Positions 23,107 through 37,500 of a stretch of 64,000 nt of DNA are shown piece after piece. The DNA lies in NCBI RefSeq assembly GCF_964204645.1, contig NC_134028.1, forward strand, positions 310,001 to 374,000, in the 5' to 3' direction. The number at the start of each line of letters is the position of its first letter. Position 1 is the first letter of the stretch. The position numbers were made by a program, and so were the translations under genes. The notes beneath the pieces are model-generated. The model did no database searches. It was given only the letters and a program-made list of their open reading frames with translations, and had not been told where the DNA came from. The DNA is from Tubulanus polymorphus (lineage: Eukaryota; Animalia; Nemertea).

Positions 23107-26100
23107 AAAATTCTTAATCTTTCCACCTATCTATTTGAAATCAGTTCAGTACACCCTAACCCATCAATTAAGATAGAACTCATCATCTTTAGGACCCTAT
23201 TTTGCAAGAAAAATCTGTATCTTTCAGTCCATCTGCTCGAAATCAGTTCAGTTTACCTTAACCTATCATTTCAGATCGAGTCCATCATCTTCAGGAGCAT
23301 AAATAGCCAGAAAATTCTTAATCTTTCCATCTATCTATTTGAAATCAGTTCAGTACACCCTAACCCATCAATTAAGATAGAATTCATCATCTTTAGGACC
23401 CTATTTTGCAAGAAAAATCTGTATCTTTCAGTCCATCTACTCGAAATCAGTTCAGGTTTCCTTACCCTATCATTTCAGATCGAGTCCATCATCTTCAGGA
23501 GCATAAATAGCCAGAAAATTCTTAACCTTTCCACCTATCTATTTGAAATCAGTTCAATACGCCTTAACACATCTTTTCAGATTGAACCCATCATCTTCAG
23601 AACCAAAAGCAGCCAGAAAATTCTGATTCTTTCAACCTATCTATTTGAAATCAGTTCAGTACACCCTAACCCATCAATTAAGATAGAATTCATCATCTTT
23701 AGGACCCTATTTTGCAAGAAAAGTTTGTATCTTTCAGTCCATCTACTCGAAATCAGTTCAGTTTACCTTAACCTATCATTTCAGATCGAGTCCATCATCT
23801 TCAGGAGCATAAATAGCCAGAAAATTCTTAATCTTTCCACCTATCTATTTGAAATCAGTTCAATACGCCTTAGCCCATCTTTTCAGATTGAGTCCATCAT
23901 CTTCAGAACCAAAGGCAGCCAGAAAATTCTGATTCTTTCCACCTATCTAATATTTGACATCAGTTCAGTACACCCTAACCCATCAATTAAGATAGAACTC
24001 ATCAACTTTAGGACCCTATTTTGCAAGAAAAATCTGTATCTTTCAGTCCATCTACTCGAAATCAGTTCAGTCTACCTTAACCTATCATTTCAGATCGAGT
24101 CCATCATCTTCAGGAGCATAAATAGCCAGAAAATTCTTAATCTTTCCACCTATCTATTTGAAATCAGTTCAATACGCCTTAACCCATCTTTTCAGATTGA
24201 ATCCATCATCTTCAGAACCAAAAGCAGCCAGAAAATTCTGATTCTTTCCACCTATCTATTTGAAATCAGTTCAGTACACCCTAACCCATCAATTAAGATA
24301 GAATTCATCATCTTTAGGACCCTATTTTGCAAGAAAAATCTGTATCTTTCAGTCCATCTACTCGAAATCAGTTCAGTTTACCTTAACCTATCATTTCAGA
24401 TCGAGTCCATCATCTTCAGGAGCATAAATAACCAGAAAATTCTTAATCTTTCCACCTATCTATTTGAAATCAGTTCAATACGCCTTAACACATCTTTTCA
24501 GATTGAATCCATCATCTTCAGAACCAAAAGCAGCCAGAAAATTCTGATTCTTTCCACCTATCTATTTGAAATCAGTTCAGTACACCCTAACCCATCAATT
24601 AAGATAGAACTCATCATCTTTAGGACCCTATTTTGCAAGAAAAATCTGTATCTTTCAGTCCATCTACTCGAAATCAGTTCAGTCTACCTTAACCTATCAT
24701 TTCAGATCGAGTCCATCATCTTCAGGAGCATAAATAGCCAGAAAATTCTTAATCTTTCCACCTATCTATTTGAAATCAGTTCAATACGCCTTAACACATC
24801 TTTTCAGATTGAATCCATCATCTTCAGAACCAAAAGCGTTTACCTTAACCTATCATTTCAGATCGAGTCCATCATCTTCAGGAGCATAAATAGCCAGAAA
24901 ATTCTTAATCTTTCCACCTATCTATTTGAAATCAGTTCAGTACACCCTAACCCATCAATTAAGATAGAACTCATCATCTTTAGGACCCTATTTTGCAAGA
25001 AAAATCTGTATCTTTCAGTCCATCTACTCGAAATCAGTTCAGTCTACCTAAACCTATCATTTCAGATCGATTCCATCATCTTCAGGAGCATAAATAGCCA
25101 GAAAATTCTTAATCATTCCACCTATCTATTTGAAATCAGTTCAATACGCCTTAACACATCTTTTCAGATTGAATCCATCATCTTCAAAACCAAAAGCAGC
25201 CAGAAAATTCTGATTCTTTCAACCTATCTATTTGAAATCAGTTCAGTACACACTAACCCATCAATTAAGATAGAATTCATCATCTTTAGGACCCTATTTT
25301 GCAAGAAAAATCTGTATCTTTCAGTCCATCTACTCGAAATCAGTTCAGTTTACCTTAACCTATCATTTCAGATCGAGTCCATCATCTTCAGGAGCATAAA
25401 TAGCCAGAAAATTCTTAATCTTTCCACCTATCCATTTGAAATCAGTTCAATACGCCTTAACCCATCTTTTCAGATTGAATCAATCAACTTCAGAAGTATA
25501 AGCAGTCAGAAATTTCTGAATCTTTCAACCAATCTATTGAAAATCAGTTCAGTACACCCTAACCCATCAATTAAGATAGAATTTATCATCTTTAGGACCC
25601 TATTTTGCAAGAAAAATCTGTATCTTTCAGTCCATCTACTCGAAATCAGTTCAGTTTACCTTAACCTATCATTTCAGATCGAGTCCATCATCTTCAGGAG
25701 CATAAATAGCCAGAAAATTCTTAATCTTTCCACCTATCTATTTGAAATCAGTTCAATACGCCTTAGCCCATCTTTTCAGATTGAGTCCATCATCTTCAGA
25801 ACCAAAGGCAGCCAGAAAATTCTGATTCTTTCCACCTATCTATTTGAAATCAGTTCTGTACACCCTAACCCATCAATTAAGATAGAATTCATCATCTTTA
25901 GGACATTATTTTGCAACAAAAATCTGTATCTTTCAGTCCATCTACTCGAAATCAGTTCAGTTTACCTTAACCTATCATTTCAGATCGAGTCCATCATCTT
26001 CAGGAGCATAAATAGCCAGAAAATTCTTAATCTTTCCACCTATCTATTTGAAATCAGTTCAGTACACCCTAACCCATCAATTAAGATAGAACTCATCATC

Positions 26101-27649
26101 TTTAGGACCCTATTTTGCAAGAAAAATCTGTATCTTTCAGTCCATCTACTCGAAATCAGTTCAGTCTACCTAAACCTATCATTTCAGATCGATTCCATCA
26201 TCTTCAGGAGCATAAATAGCCAGAAAATTCTTAATCATTCCACCTATCTATTTGAAATCAGTTCAATACGCCTTAACACATCTTTTCAGATTGAATCCAT
26301 GATCTTCAAAACCAAAAGCAGCCAGAAAATTCTGATTCTTTCAACCTATCTATTTGAAATCAGTTCAGTACACACTAACCCATCAATTAAGATAGAATTC
26401 ATCATCTTTAGGACCCTATTTTGCAAGAAAAATCTGTATCTTTCAGTTCATCTACTCGAAATCAGTTCAGTTTACCTTAACCTATCATTTCAGATCGAGT
26501 CCATCATCTTCAGGAGCATAAATAGCCAGAAAATTCTTAATCTTTCCACCTATCTATTTGAAATCAGTTCAATACGCCTTAGCCCATCTTTTCAGATTGA
26601 GTCCATCATCTTCAGAACCAAAGGCAGCCAGAAAATTCTGATTCTTTCCACTTATCTATTTGAAATCAGTTCAGTTCACCCTAACCCATCAATTAAGATA
26701 GAATTCATCATCTTTAGGACCCTATTTTGCAAGAAAAATCTGTATCTTTCAGTCCATCTGCTCGAAATCAGTTCAGTTTACCTTAACCTATCATTTCAGA
26801 TCGAGTCCATCATCTTCAGGAGCATAAATAACCAGAAAATTCTTAATCTTTCCACCTATCTATTTGAAATCAGTTCAGTACACCCTAACCCATCAATTAA
26901 GATAGAATTCATCATCTTTAGGACCCTATTTTGCAAGAAAAATCTGTATCTTTCAGTCCATCTACTCGAAATCAGTTCAGTTTTCCTTACCCTATCATTT
27001 CAGATCGAGTCCATCATCTTCAGGAGCATAAATAGCCAGAAAATTCTTAATCTTTCCACCTATCTATTTGAAATCAGTTCAGTACACCCTAACCCATCAA
27101 TTAAGATAGAATTCATCATCTTTAGGACCCTATTTTGAAAGAAAAATCTGTATCTTTCAGTCCATCTACTCGAAATCAGTTCAGTTTACCTTAACCTATC
27201 ATTTCAGATCGAGTCCATCATCTTCAGGAGCATAAATAGCCAGAAAATTCTTAATCTTTCCACCTATCTATTTGAAATCAGTTCAATACGCCTTAACACA
27301 TCTTTTCACATTGAGTCCATCATCTTCGGAACCAAAAGCAGCCAGAAAATTCTGATTCTTTCAACCTATCTATTTGAAATCAGTTCAGTACACCCTAACC
27401 CATCAATTAAGATAGAATTCATCATCTTTAGGACCCTATTTTGCAAGAAAAATCTGTATCTTTCAGTCCATCTACTCGAAATCAGTTCAGTTTTCCTTAC
27501 CCTATCATTTCAGATCGAGTCCATCATCTTCAGGAGCATAAATAGCCAGAAAATTCTTAACCTTTCCACCTATCTATTTGAAATCAGTTCAATACGCCTT
27601 AACACATCTTTTCAGATTGAATCCATCATCTTCAGAACCAAAAGCAGCC

Positions 27650-30600
27650 AGAAAATTCTGATTCTTTCAACCTATCTATTTGAAATCAGTTCAGTACACC
27701 CTAACCCATCAATTAAGATAGAACTCATCATCTTTAGGACCCTATTTTGAAAGAAAAATTTGTATCTTTCAGTCCATCTACTCGAAATCAGTTCAGTCTA
27801 CCTTAACCTATCATTTCAGATCGAGTCCATCATCTTCAGGAGCATAAATAGCCAGAAAAGTCTTAATCTATCCACCTATCTATTTGAAATCAGTTCAATA
27901 CGCCTTAAAACATCTTTTCAGATTGAATCCATCATCTTCAGAACCAAAAGCAGCCAGAAAATTCTGATTCTTTCAACCTATCTATTTGAAATCAGTTCAG
28001 TACACCCTAACCCATCAATTAAGATAGAACTCATCATCTTTAGGACCCTATTTTGAAAGAAAAATTTGTATCTTTCAGTCCATCTACTCGAAATCAGTTC
28101 AGTTTACCTTAACCTATCATTTCAGATCGAGTCCATCATCTTCAGGAGCATAAATAGCCAGAAGATTCTTAATCTTTCCACCTATCTATTTGAAATCAGT
28201 TCAATACGCCATAGCCCATCTTTTCAGATTGAGTCCATCATCTTCAGAACCAAAGGCAGCCAGAAAATTCTGATTCTTTCCACCTATCTATTTGAAATCA
28301 GTTCAGTACACCCTAACTCATCAATTAAGATAGCACTCATCAACTTTAGGACCCTATTTTGCAAGAAAAATCTGTATCTTTCAGTCCATCTACTCGAAAT
28401 CAGTTCAGTCTACCTTAACCTATCATTTCAGATCGAGTCCATCATCTTCAGGAGCATAAATAGCCAGAAAATTCTTAATCTTTCCACCTATCCATTTGAA
28501 ATCAGTTCAATACGCCTTAACCCATATTTTCAGATTGAATCAATCAACTTCAGAAGTATAAGCAGTCAGAAATTTCTGAATCTTTCAACCAATCTATTGA
28601 AAATCAGTTCAGTACACCCTAACCCAACAATTAAGATAGAATTCATCAGCTTTAGGACCCTATTTTGCAAGAAAAATCTGTATCTTTCAGTCCATCTACT
28701 CGAAATCAGTTCAGTTTACCTTAACCTATCATTTCAGATCGAGTCCATCATCTTCAGGAGCATAAATAGCCAGAAAATTCTTAATCTTTCCACATATCTA
28801 TTTGAAATCAGTTCAATACGCCTTAACACATCTTTTCACATTGAATCCATCATCTTCAGAACCAAAAGCAGCCAGAAAATTCTGATTCTTTCAACCTATC
28901 TATTTGAAATCAGTTCAGTACACCCTAACCCATCAATTAAGATAGAATTCATCATCTTTAGGACCCTATTTTGCAAGAAAAATCTGTATCTTTCAGTCCA
29001 TCTACTCGAAATCAGTTCAGTTTTCCTTACCCTATCATTTCAGATCGAGTCCATCATCTTCAGGAGCATAAATAGCCAGAAAATTCTTAACCTTTCCACC
29101 TATCTATTTGAAATCAGTTCAATACGCCTTAACACATCTTTTCAGATTGAATCCATCATCTTCAGAACCAAAAGCAGCCAGAAAATTCTGATTCTTTCAA
29201 CCTATCTATTTGAAATCAGTTCAGTACACCCTAACCCATCAATTAAGATAGAATTCATCATCTTTAGGACCCTATTTTGCAAGAAAAATCTGTACCTTTC
29301 AGTCCATCTACTCGAAATCAGTTCAGTTTACCTTAACCTATCATTTCAGATCGAGTCCATCATCTTCAGGAGCATAAATAGCCAGAAAATTCTTAATCTT
29401 TCCACCTATCTATTTGAAATGAGTTCAATACGCCTTAGCCCATCTTTTCAGATTGAGTCCATCATCTTCAGAACCAAAGGCAGCCAGAAAATTCTGATTC
29501 TTTCCACCTATCTATTTGAAATCAGTTCAGTACACCCTAACCCATCAATTAAGATAGAACTCATCAACTTTAGGACCCTATTTTGCAAGAAAAATCTGTA
29601 TCTTTCAGTCCATCTACTCGAAATCAGTTCAGTCTACCTTAACCTATCATTTCAGATCGAGTCCATCATCTTCAGGAGCATAAATAGCCAGAAAATTCTT
29701 AATCTTTCCACCTATCTATTTAAAATCAGTTCAATACGCCTTAACCCATCTTTTCAGATTGAATCCATCATCTTCAGAACCAAAAGCAGCCAGAAAATTC
29801 TGATTCTTTCCACCTATCTATTTGAAATCAGTTCAGTACACCCTAACCCATCAATTAAGATAGAATTCATCATCTTTAGGACCCTATTTTGCAAGAAAAA
29901 TTTGTATCTTTCAGTCCATCTACTCGAAATCAGTTCAGTTTACCTTAACCTATCATTTCAGATCGAGTCCATCATCTTCAGGAGCATAAATAGCCAGAAA
30001 ATTCTTAATCTTTCCACCTATCTATTTGAAATCAGTTCAGTACACCCTAAACCATCAATTAAGATAGAACTCATCATCTTTAGGACCCTATTTTGCAAGA
30101 AAAATCTGTATCTTTCAGTCCATCTACTCGAAATCAGTTCAGTCTACCTTAACCTATCATTTCAGATCGAGTCCATCATCTTCAGGAGCATAAATAGCCA
30201 GAAAATTCTTAATCTTTCCACCTATCTATTTGAAATCAGTTCAATACGCCTTAACACATCTTTTCAGATTGAATCCATCATCTTCAGAACCAAAAGCAGC
30301 CAGAAAATTCTGATTCTTTCAACCTATCTATTTGAAATCAGTTCAGTACACCCTAACCCATCAATTAAGATAGAATTCATCATCTTTAGGACCCTATTTT
30401 GCAAGAAAAATCTGTATCTTTCAGTCCATCTACTCGAAATCAGTTCAGTCTACCTTAACCTATCATTTCAGATCGAGTCCATCATCTTCAGGAGCATAAA
30501 TAGCCAGAAAAGTCTTAATCTATCCACCTATCTATTTGAAATCAGTTCAATACGCCTTAACACATCTTTTCAGATTGAATCCATCATCTTCAGAACCAAA

Positions 30601-31800
30601 AGCAGCCAGAAAATTCTGATTCTTTCAACCTATCTATTTGAAATCAGTTCAGTACACCCTACCCCATCAATTAAGATAGAACTCATCATCTTTAGGACCC
30701 TATTTTGAAAGAAAAATTTGTATCTTTCAGTCCATCTACTCGAAATCAGTTCAGTCTACCTTAACCTATCATTTCAGATCGAGTCCATCATCTTCAGGAG
30801 CATAAATAGCCAGAAAAGTCTTAATCTATCCACCTATCTATTTGAAATCAGTTCAATACGCCTTAACACATCTTTTCAGATTGAATCCATCATCTTCAGA
30901 ACCAAAAGCAGCCAGAAAATTCTGATTCTTTCAACCTATCTATTTGAAATCAGTTCAGTACACCCTAACCCATCAATTAAGATAGAACTCATCATCTTTA
31001 GGACCCTATTTTGAAAGAAAAATTTGTATCTTTCAGTCCATCTACTCGAAATCAGTTCAGTTTACCTTAACCTATCATTTCAGATCGAGTCCATCATCTT
31101 CAGGAGCATAAATAGCCAGAAGATTCTTAATCTTTCCACCTATCTATTTGAAATCAGTTCAATACGCCATAGCCCATCTTTTCAGATTGAGTCCATCATC
31201 TTCAGAACCAAAGGCAGCCAGAAAATTCTGATTCTTTCCACCTATCTATTTGAAATCAGTTCAGTACACCCTAACTCATCAATTAAGATAGAACTCATCA
31301 ACTTTAGGACCCTATTTTGCAAGAAAAATCTGTATCTTTCAGTCCATCTACTCGAAATCAGTTCAGTCTACCTTAACCTATCATTTCAGATCGAGTCCAT
31401 CATCTTCAGGAGCATAAATAGCCAGAAAATTCTTAATCTTTCCACCTATCCATTTGAAATCAGTTCAATACGCCTTAACCCATATTTTCAGATTGAATCA
31501 ATCAACTTCAGAAGTATAAGCAGTCAGAAATTTCTGAATCTTTCAACCAATCTATTGAAAATCAGTTCAGTACACCCTAACCCAACAATTAAGATAGAAT
31601 TCATCAGCTTTAGGACCCTATTTTGCAAGAAAAATCTGTATCTTTCAGTCCATCTACTCGAAATCAGTTCAGTTTACCTTAACCTATCATTTCAGATCGA
31701 GTCCATCATCTTCAGGAGCATAAATAGCCAGAAAATTCTTAATCTTTCCACCTATCTATTTGAAATCAGTTCAATACGCCTTAACACATCTTTTCAGATT
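27650..31800. repeat. Repeated block with a 2958-bp offset (29 monomers): about 27.65-28.85 kb versus about 30.6-31.8 kb
   Basis: TGA variants 27750/30708 and 28056/31014, D monomer 28498/31456, and shared CGCCATAGC and CCTAACTCA variants. Confidence 0.82.
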
Positions 31801-34599
31801 GAATCCATCATCTTCAGAACCAAAAGCAGCCAGAAAATTCTGATTCTTTCCACCTATCTATTTGAAATCAGTTCAGTACACCCTAACCCATCAATTAAGA
31901 TAGAACTCATCATCTTTAGGACCCTTTTTTGCAACAAAAATCTGTATCTTTCAGTCCATCTACTCGAAATCAGTTCAGTTTACCTTAACCTATCATTTCA
32001 GATCGAGTCCATCATCTTCAGGAGCATAAATAGCCAGAAAATTCTTAATCTTTCCACCTATCTATTTGAAATCAGTTCAGTACACCCTAACCCATCAATT
32101 AAGATAGAACTCATCATCTTTAGGACCCTATTTTGCAAGAAAAATCTGTATCTTTCAGTCCATCTACTCGAAATCAGTTCAGTTTACCTTAACCTATCAT
32201 TTCAGATCGAGTCCATCATCTTCAGGAGCATAAATAGCCAGAAAATTCTTAATCTTTCCACCTATCTATTTGAAATCAGTTCAAAACGCCTTAACACATC
32301 TTTTCAGATTGAATCCATCATCTTCAGAACCAAAAGCAGCCAGAAAATTCTGATTCTTTCAACCTATCTATTTGAAATCAGTTCAATACGCCTTAGCCCA
32401 TCTTTTCAGATTGAGTCCATCATCTTCAGAACCAAAGGCAGCCAGAAAATTCTGATTCTTTCCACTTATCTATTTGAAATCAGTTCAGTTCACCCTAACC
32501 CATCAATTAAGATAGAATTCATCATCTTTAGGACCCTATTTTGCAAGAAAAATCTGTATCTTTCAGTCCATCTACTCGAAATCAGTTCAGTTTACCTTAA
32601 CCTATCATTTCAGATCGAGTCCATCATCTTCAGGAGCATAAATAGCCAGAAAACCCTAATCTTTCCACCTATCTATTTGAAATCAGTTCAATACGCCTTA
32701 ACACATCTTTTCAGATTGAATCCATCATCTTCAGAACCAAAAGCAGCCAGAAAATTCTGATTCTTTCAACCTATCTATTAGAAATCAGTTCAGTACACCC
32801 TAACCCATCAATTAAGATAGAATTCATCATCTTTAGGACCCTATTTTGCAAGAAAAATCTGTATCTTTCAGTCCATCTACTCGAAATCAGTTCAGTTTAC
32901 CTTAACCTATCATTTCAGATCGAGTCCATCATCTTCAGGAGCATAAATAGCCAGAAAATTCTTAATCTTTCCACCTATCTATTTGAAATCAGTTGAGTAC
33001 ACCCTAACCCATCAATTAAGATAGAATTCATCATCTTTAGGACCCTATTTTGCAAGAAAAATCTGTATCTTTCAGTCCATCTACTCGAAATCAGTTCATT
33101 TTAGCTTAACCTATCATTTCAGATCGAGTCCATCATCTTCAGGAGCATAAATAGCCAGAAAATTCTTAATCTTTCCACCTATCTATTTGAAATCAGTTCA
33201 ATACGCCTTAGCCCATCTTTTCAGATTGAGTCCATCATCTTCAGAACCAAAGGCAGCCAGAAAATTCTGATTCTTTCCACTTATCTATTTGAAATCAGTT
33301 CAGTTCACCCTAACCCATCAATTAAGATAGAACTCATCATCTTTAGGACCCTATTTTGCAAGAAAAACCTGTATCTTTCAGTCCATCTACTCGAAATCAG
33401 TTCAGTTTACCTTAACCTATCATTTCAGATCGAGTCCATCATCTTCAGGAGCATAAATAGCCAGAAAATTCTTAATCTTTCCACCTATCTATTTGAAATC
33501 AGTTCAGTACACCCTAACCCATCAATTAAGATAGAACTCATCATCTTTAGGACCCTATTTTGCAAGAAAAATCTGTATCTTTCAGTCCATCTACTCGAAA
33601 TCAGTTCAGTCTACCTAAACCTATCATTTCAGATCGAGTCCATCATCTTCAGGAGCATAAATAGCCAGAAAAATCTTAATCATTCCACCTATCTATTTGA
33701 AATCAGTTCAATACGCCTTAACACATCTTTTCAGATTGAATCCATCATCTTCAGAACCAAAAGCAGCCAGAAAATTCTGATTCTTTCAACCTATCTATTT
33801 GAAATCAGTTCAGTACACCCTAACCCATCAATTAAGATAGAATTCATCATCTTTAGGACCCTATTTGGCAAGAAAAATCTGTATCTTTCAGTCCATCTAC
33901 TCGAAATCAGTTCAGTTTACCTTAACCTATCATTTCAGATCGAGTCCATCATCTTCAGGAGCATAAATAGCCAGAAAATTCTTAATCTTTCCACCTATCT
34001 ATTTGAAATCAGTTCAATACGCCTTAGCCCATCTTTTCAGATTGAGTCCATCATCTTCAGAACCAAAGGCAGCCAGAAAATTCTGATTCTTTCCACTTAT
34101 CTATTTGAAATCAGTTCAGTTCACCCTAACCCATCAATTAAGATAGAATTCATCATCTTTAGGACCCTATTTTGCAAGAAAAATCTGTATCTTTCAGTCC
34201 ATCTGCTCGAAATCAGTTCAGTTTACCTTAACCTATCATTTCAGACCGAGTCCATCATCTTCAGGAGCATAAATAGCCAGAAAATTCTTAATCTTTCCAC
34301 CTATCTATTTGAAATCAGTTCAGTACACCCTAACCCATCAATTAAGATAGAATTCATCATCTTTAGGACCCTATTTTGCAAGAAAAATCTGTATCTTTCA
34401 GTCCATCTACTCGAAATCAGTTCAGTTTACCTTAACCTATCATTTCAGATCGAGTCCATCATCTTCAGGAGCATAAATAGCCAGAAAATTCTTAATCTTT
34501 CCACCTATCTATTTGAAATCAGTTCAATACGCCTTAGCCCATCTTTTCAGATTGAGTCCATCATCTTCAGAACCAAAGGCAGCCAGAAAATTCTGATTC

Positions 34600-37500
34600 T
34601 TTCCACCTATCTATTTGAAATCAGTTCAGTACACCCTAACCCATCAATTAAGATAGAATTCATCATCTTTAGGACCCTATTTTGTAAGAAAAATCTGTAT
34701 CTTTCAGTCCATCTACTCGAAATCAGTTCAGTCTACCTAAACCTATCATTTCAGATCGAGTCCATCATCTTCAGGAGCATAAATAGCCAGAAAAATCTTA
34801 ATCATTCCACCTATCTATTTGAAATCAGTTCAATACGCCTCAACACATCTTTTCAGATTGAATCCATCATCTTCAGAACCAAAAGCAGCCAGAAAATTCT
34901 GATTCTTTCAACCTATCTATTTGAAATCAGTTCAGTACACCCTAACCCATCAATTAAGATAGAATTCATCATCTTTAGGACCCTATTTTGCAAGAAAAAT
35001 CTGTATCTTTCAGTCCATCTACTCGAAATCAGTTCAGTTTACCTTAACCTATCATTTCAGATCGAGTCCATCATCTTCAGGAGCATAAATAGCCAGAAAA
35101 TTCTTAATCTTTCCACCTATCTATTTGAAATCAGTTCAATACGCCTTAGCCCATCTTTTCAGATTGAGTCCATCATCTTCAGAACCAAAGGCAGCCAGAA
35201 AATTCTGATTCTTTCCACCTATCTATTTGAAATCAGTTCAGTACACCCTAACCCATCAATTAAGATAGAATTCATCATCTTTAGGACCCTATTTTGCAAG
35301 AAAAATCTGTATCTTTCAGTCCATCTACTCGAAATCAGTTCAGTCTACCTATACCTATCATTTCAGATCGAGTCCATCATCTTCAGGAGCATAAATAGCC
35401 AGAAAAATCTTAATCATTCCACCTATCTATTTGAAATCAGTTCAATACGCCTTAACACATCTTTTCAGATTGAATCCATCATCTTCAGAACCAAAAGCAG
35501 CCAGAAAATTCTGATTCTTTCAACCTATCTATTTGAAATCAGTTCAGTACACCCTAACCCATCAATTAAGATAGAATTCATCATCTTTAGGACCCTATTT
35601 TGCAAGAAAAATCTGTATCTTTCAGTCCATCTGCTCGAAATCAGTTCAGTTTACCTTAACCTATCATTTCAGATCGAGTCCATCATCTTCAGGAGCATAA
35701 ATAGCCAGAAAATTCTTAATCTTTCCACCTATCTATTTGAAATCAGTACAGTACACCCTAACCCATCAATTAAGATAGAATTCATCATCTTTAGGACCCT
35801 ATTTTGCAAGAAAAATCTGTATCTTTCAGTCCATCTACTCGAAATCAGTTCAGTTTTCCTTAACCTATCATTTCAGATCGAGTCCATCATCTTCAGGAGC
35901 ATAAATAGCCAGAAAATTCTTAATCTTTCCACCTATCTATTTGAAATCAGTTCAATTCGCCTTAACCCATCTTTTCAGATTGAGTCCATCATCTTCAGAA
36001 CCAAAGGCAGCCAGAAAATTCTGATTCTTTCCACCTATCTATTTGAAATCAGTTCGGTACACCCTAACCCATCAATTAAGATAGAACTGATCATCTTTAG
36101 GACCCTATTTTGCAAGAAAAATCTGTATCTTTCAGTCCATCTACTCGAAATCAGTTCAGTCTACCTTAACCTATCATTTCAGATCGAGTCCATCATCTTC
36201 AGGAGCATAAATAGCCAGAAAAGTCTTAATCTATCCACCTATCTATTTGAAATCAGTTCAATACGCCTTAACACATCTTTTCAGATTGAATCCATCATCT
36301 TCAGAACCAAAAGCAGCCAGAAAATTCTGATTCTTTCAACCTATCTATTTGAAATAAGTTCAGTACACCCTAACCCATCAATTAAGATAGAATTCATCAT
36401 CTTTAGGACCCTATTTAGCAAGAAAAATCTGTATCTTTCAGTCCATCTACTCGAAATCAGTTCAGTTTACCTTAACCTATCATTTCAGATCGAGTCCATC
36501 ATCTTCAGGAGCATAAATAGCCAGAAAATTCTTAATCTTTCCACCTATCTATTTGAAATCAGTTCAATACGCCTTAGCCCATCTTTTCAGATTGAGTCCA
36601 TCATCTTCAGAACCAAAGGCAGCCAGAAAATTCTGATTCTTTCCACCTATCTATTTGAAATCAGTTCAGTACACCCTAACCCATCAATTAAGATAGAATT
36701 CATCATCTTTAGGACCCTATTTTGTAAGAAAAATCTGTATCTTTCAGTCCATCTACTCGAAATCAGTTCAGTCTACCTAAACCTATCATTTCAGATCGAG
36801 TCCATCATCTTCAGGAGCATAAATAGCCAGAAAAATCTTAATCATTCCACCTATCTATTTGAAATCAGTTCAATACGCCTCAACACATCTTTTCAGATTG
36901 AATCCATCATCTTCAGAACCAAAAGCAGCCAGAAAATTCTGATTCTTTCCACCTATCTATTTGAAATCAGTTCAGTACACCCTAACCCATCAATTAAGAT
37001 AGAATTCATCATCTTTAGGACCCTATTTAGCAAGAAAAATCTGTATCTTTCAGTCCATCTACTCGAAATCAGTTCAGTTTACCTTAACCTATCATTTCAG
37101 ATCGAGTCCATCATCTTCAGGAGCATAAATAGCCAGAAAATTCTTAATCTTTCCACCTATCTATTTGAAATCAGTTCAATACGCCTTAGCCCATCTTTTC
37201 AGATTGAGTCCATCATCTTCAGAACCAAAGGCAGCCAGAAAATTCTGATTCTTTCCACTTATCTATTTGAAATCAGTTCAGTTCACCCTAACCCATCAAT
37301 TAAGATAGAATTCATCATCTTTAGGACCCTATTTTGCAAGAAAAATCTGTATCTTTCAGTCCATCTGCTCGAAATCAGTTCAGTTTACCTTAACCTATCA
37401 TTACAGATCGAGTCCATCATCTTCAGGAGCATAAATAGCCAGAAAATTCTTAATCTTTCCACCTATCTATTTGAAATCAGTTCAGTACACCCTAACCCAT

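Larger units (their letters stand above)
1..25750. repeat. Large higher-order tandem duplication: about 1-12950 versus about 13620-25750
   Basis: Shared private markers: GAAAATGCTG 1/13622 (offset 13621), GCAAGCAAAA 410/14235 and D 2582/16407 (13825), ACATAA stop 6112/20039 (13927), 3-bp insertion 11451/23950 (12499), deletion junction 12033/24838 (12805). The offsets differ by whole monomers. Confidence 0.88.
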
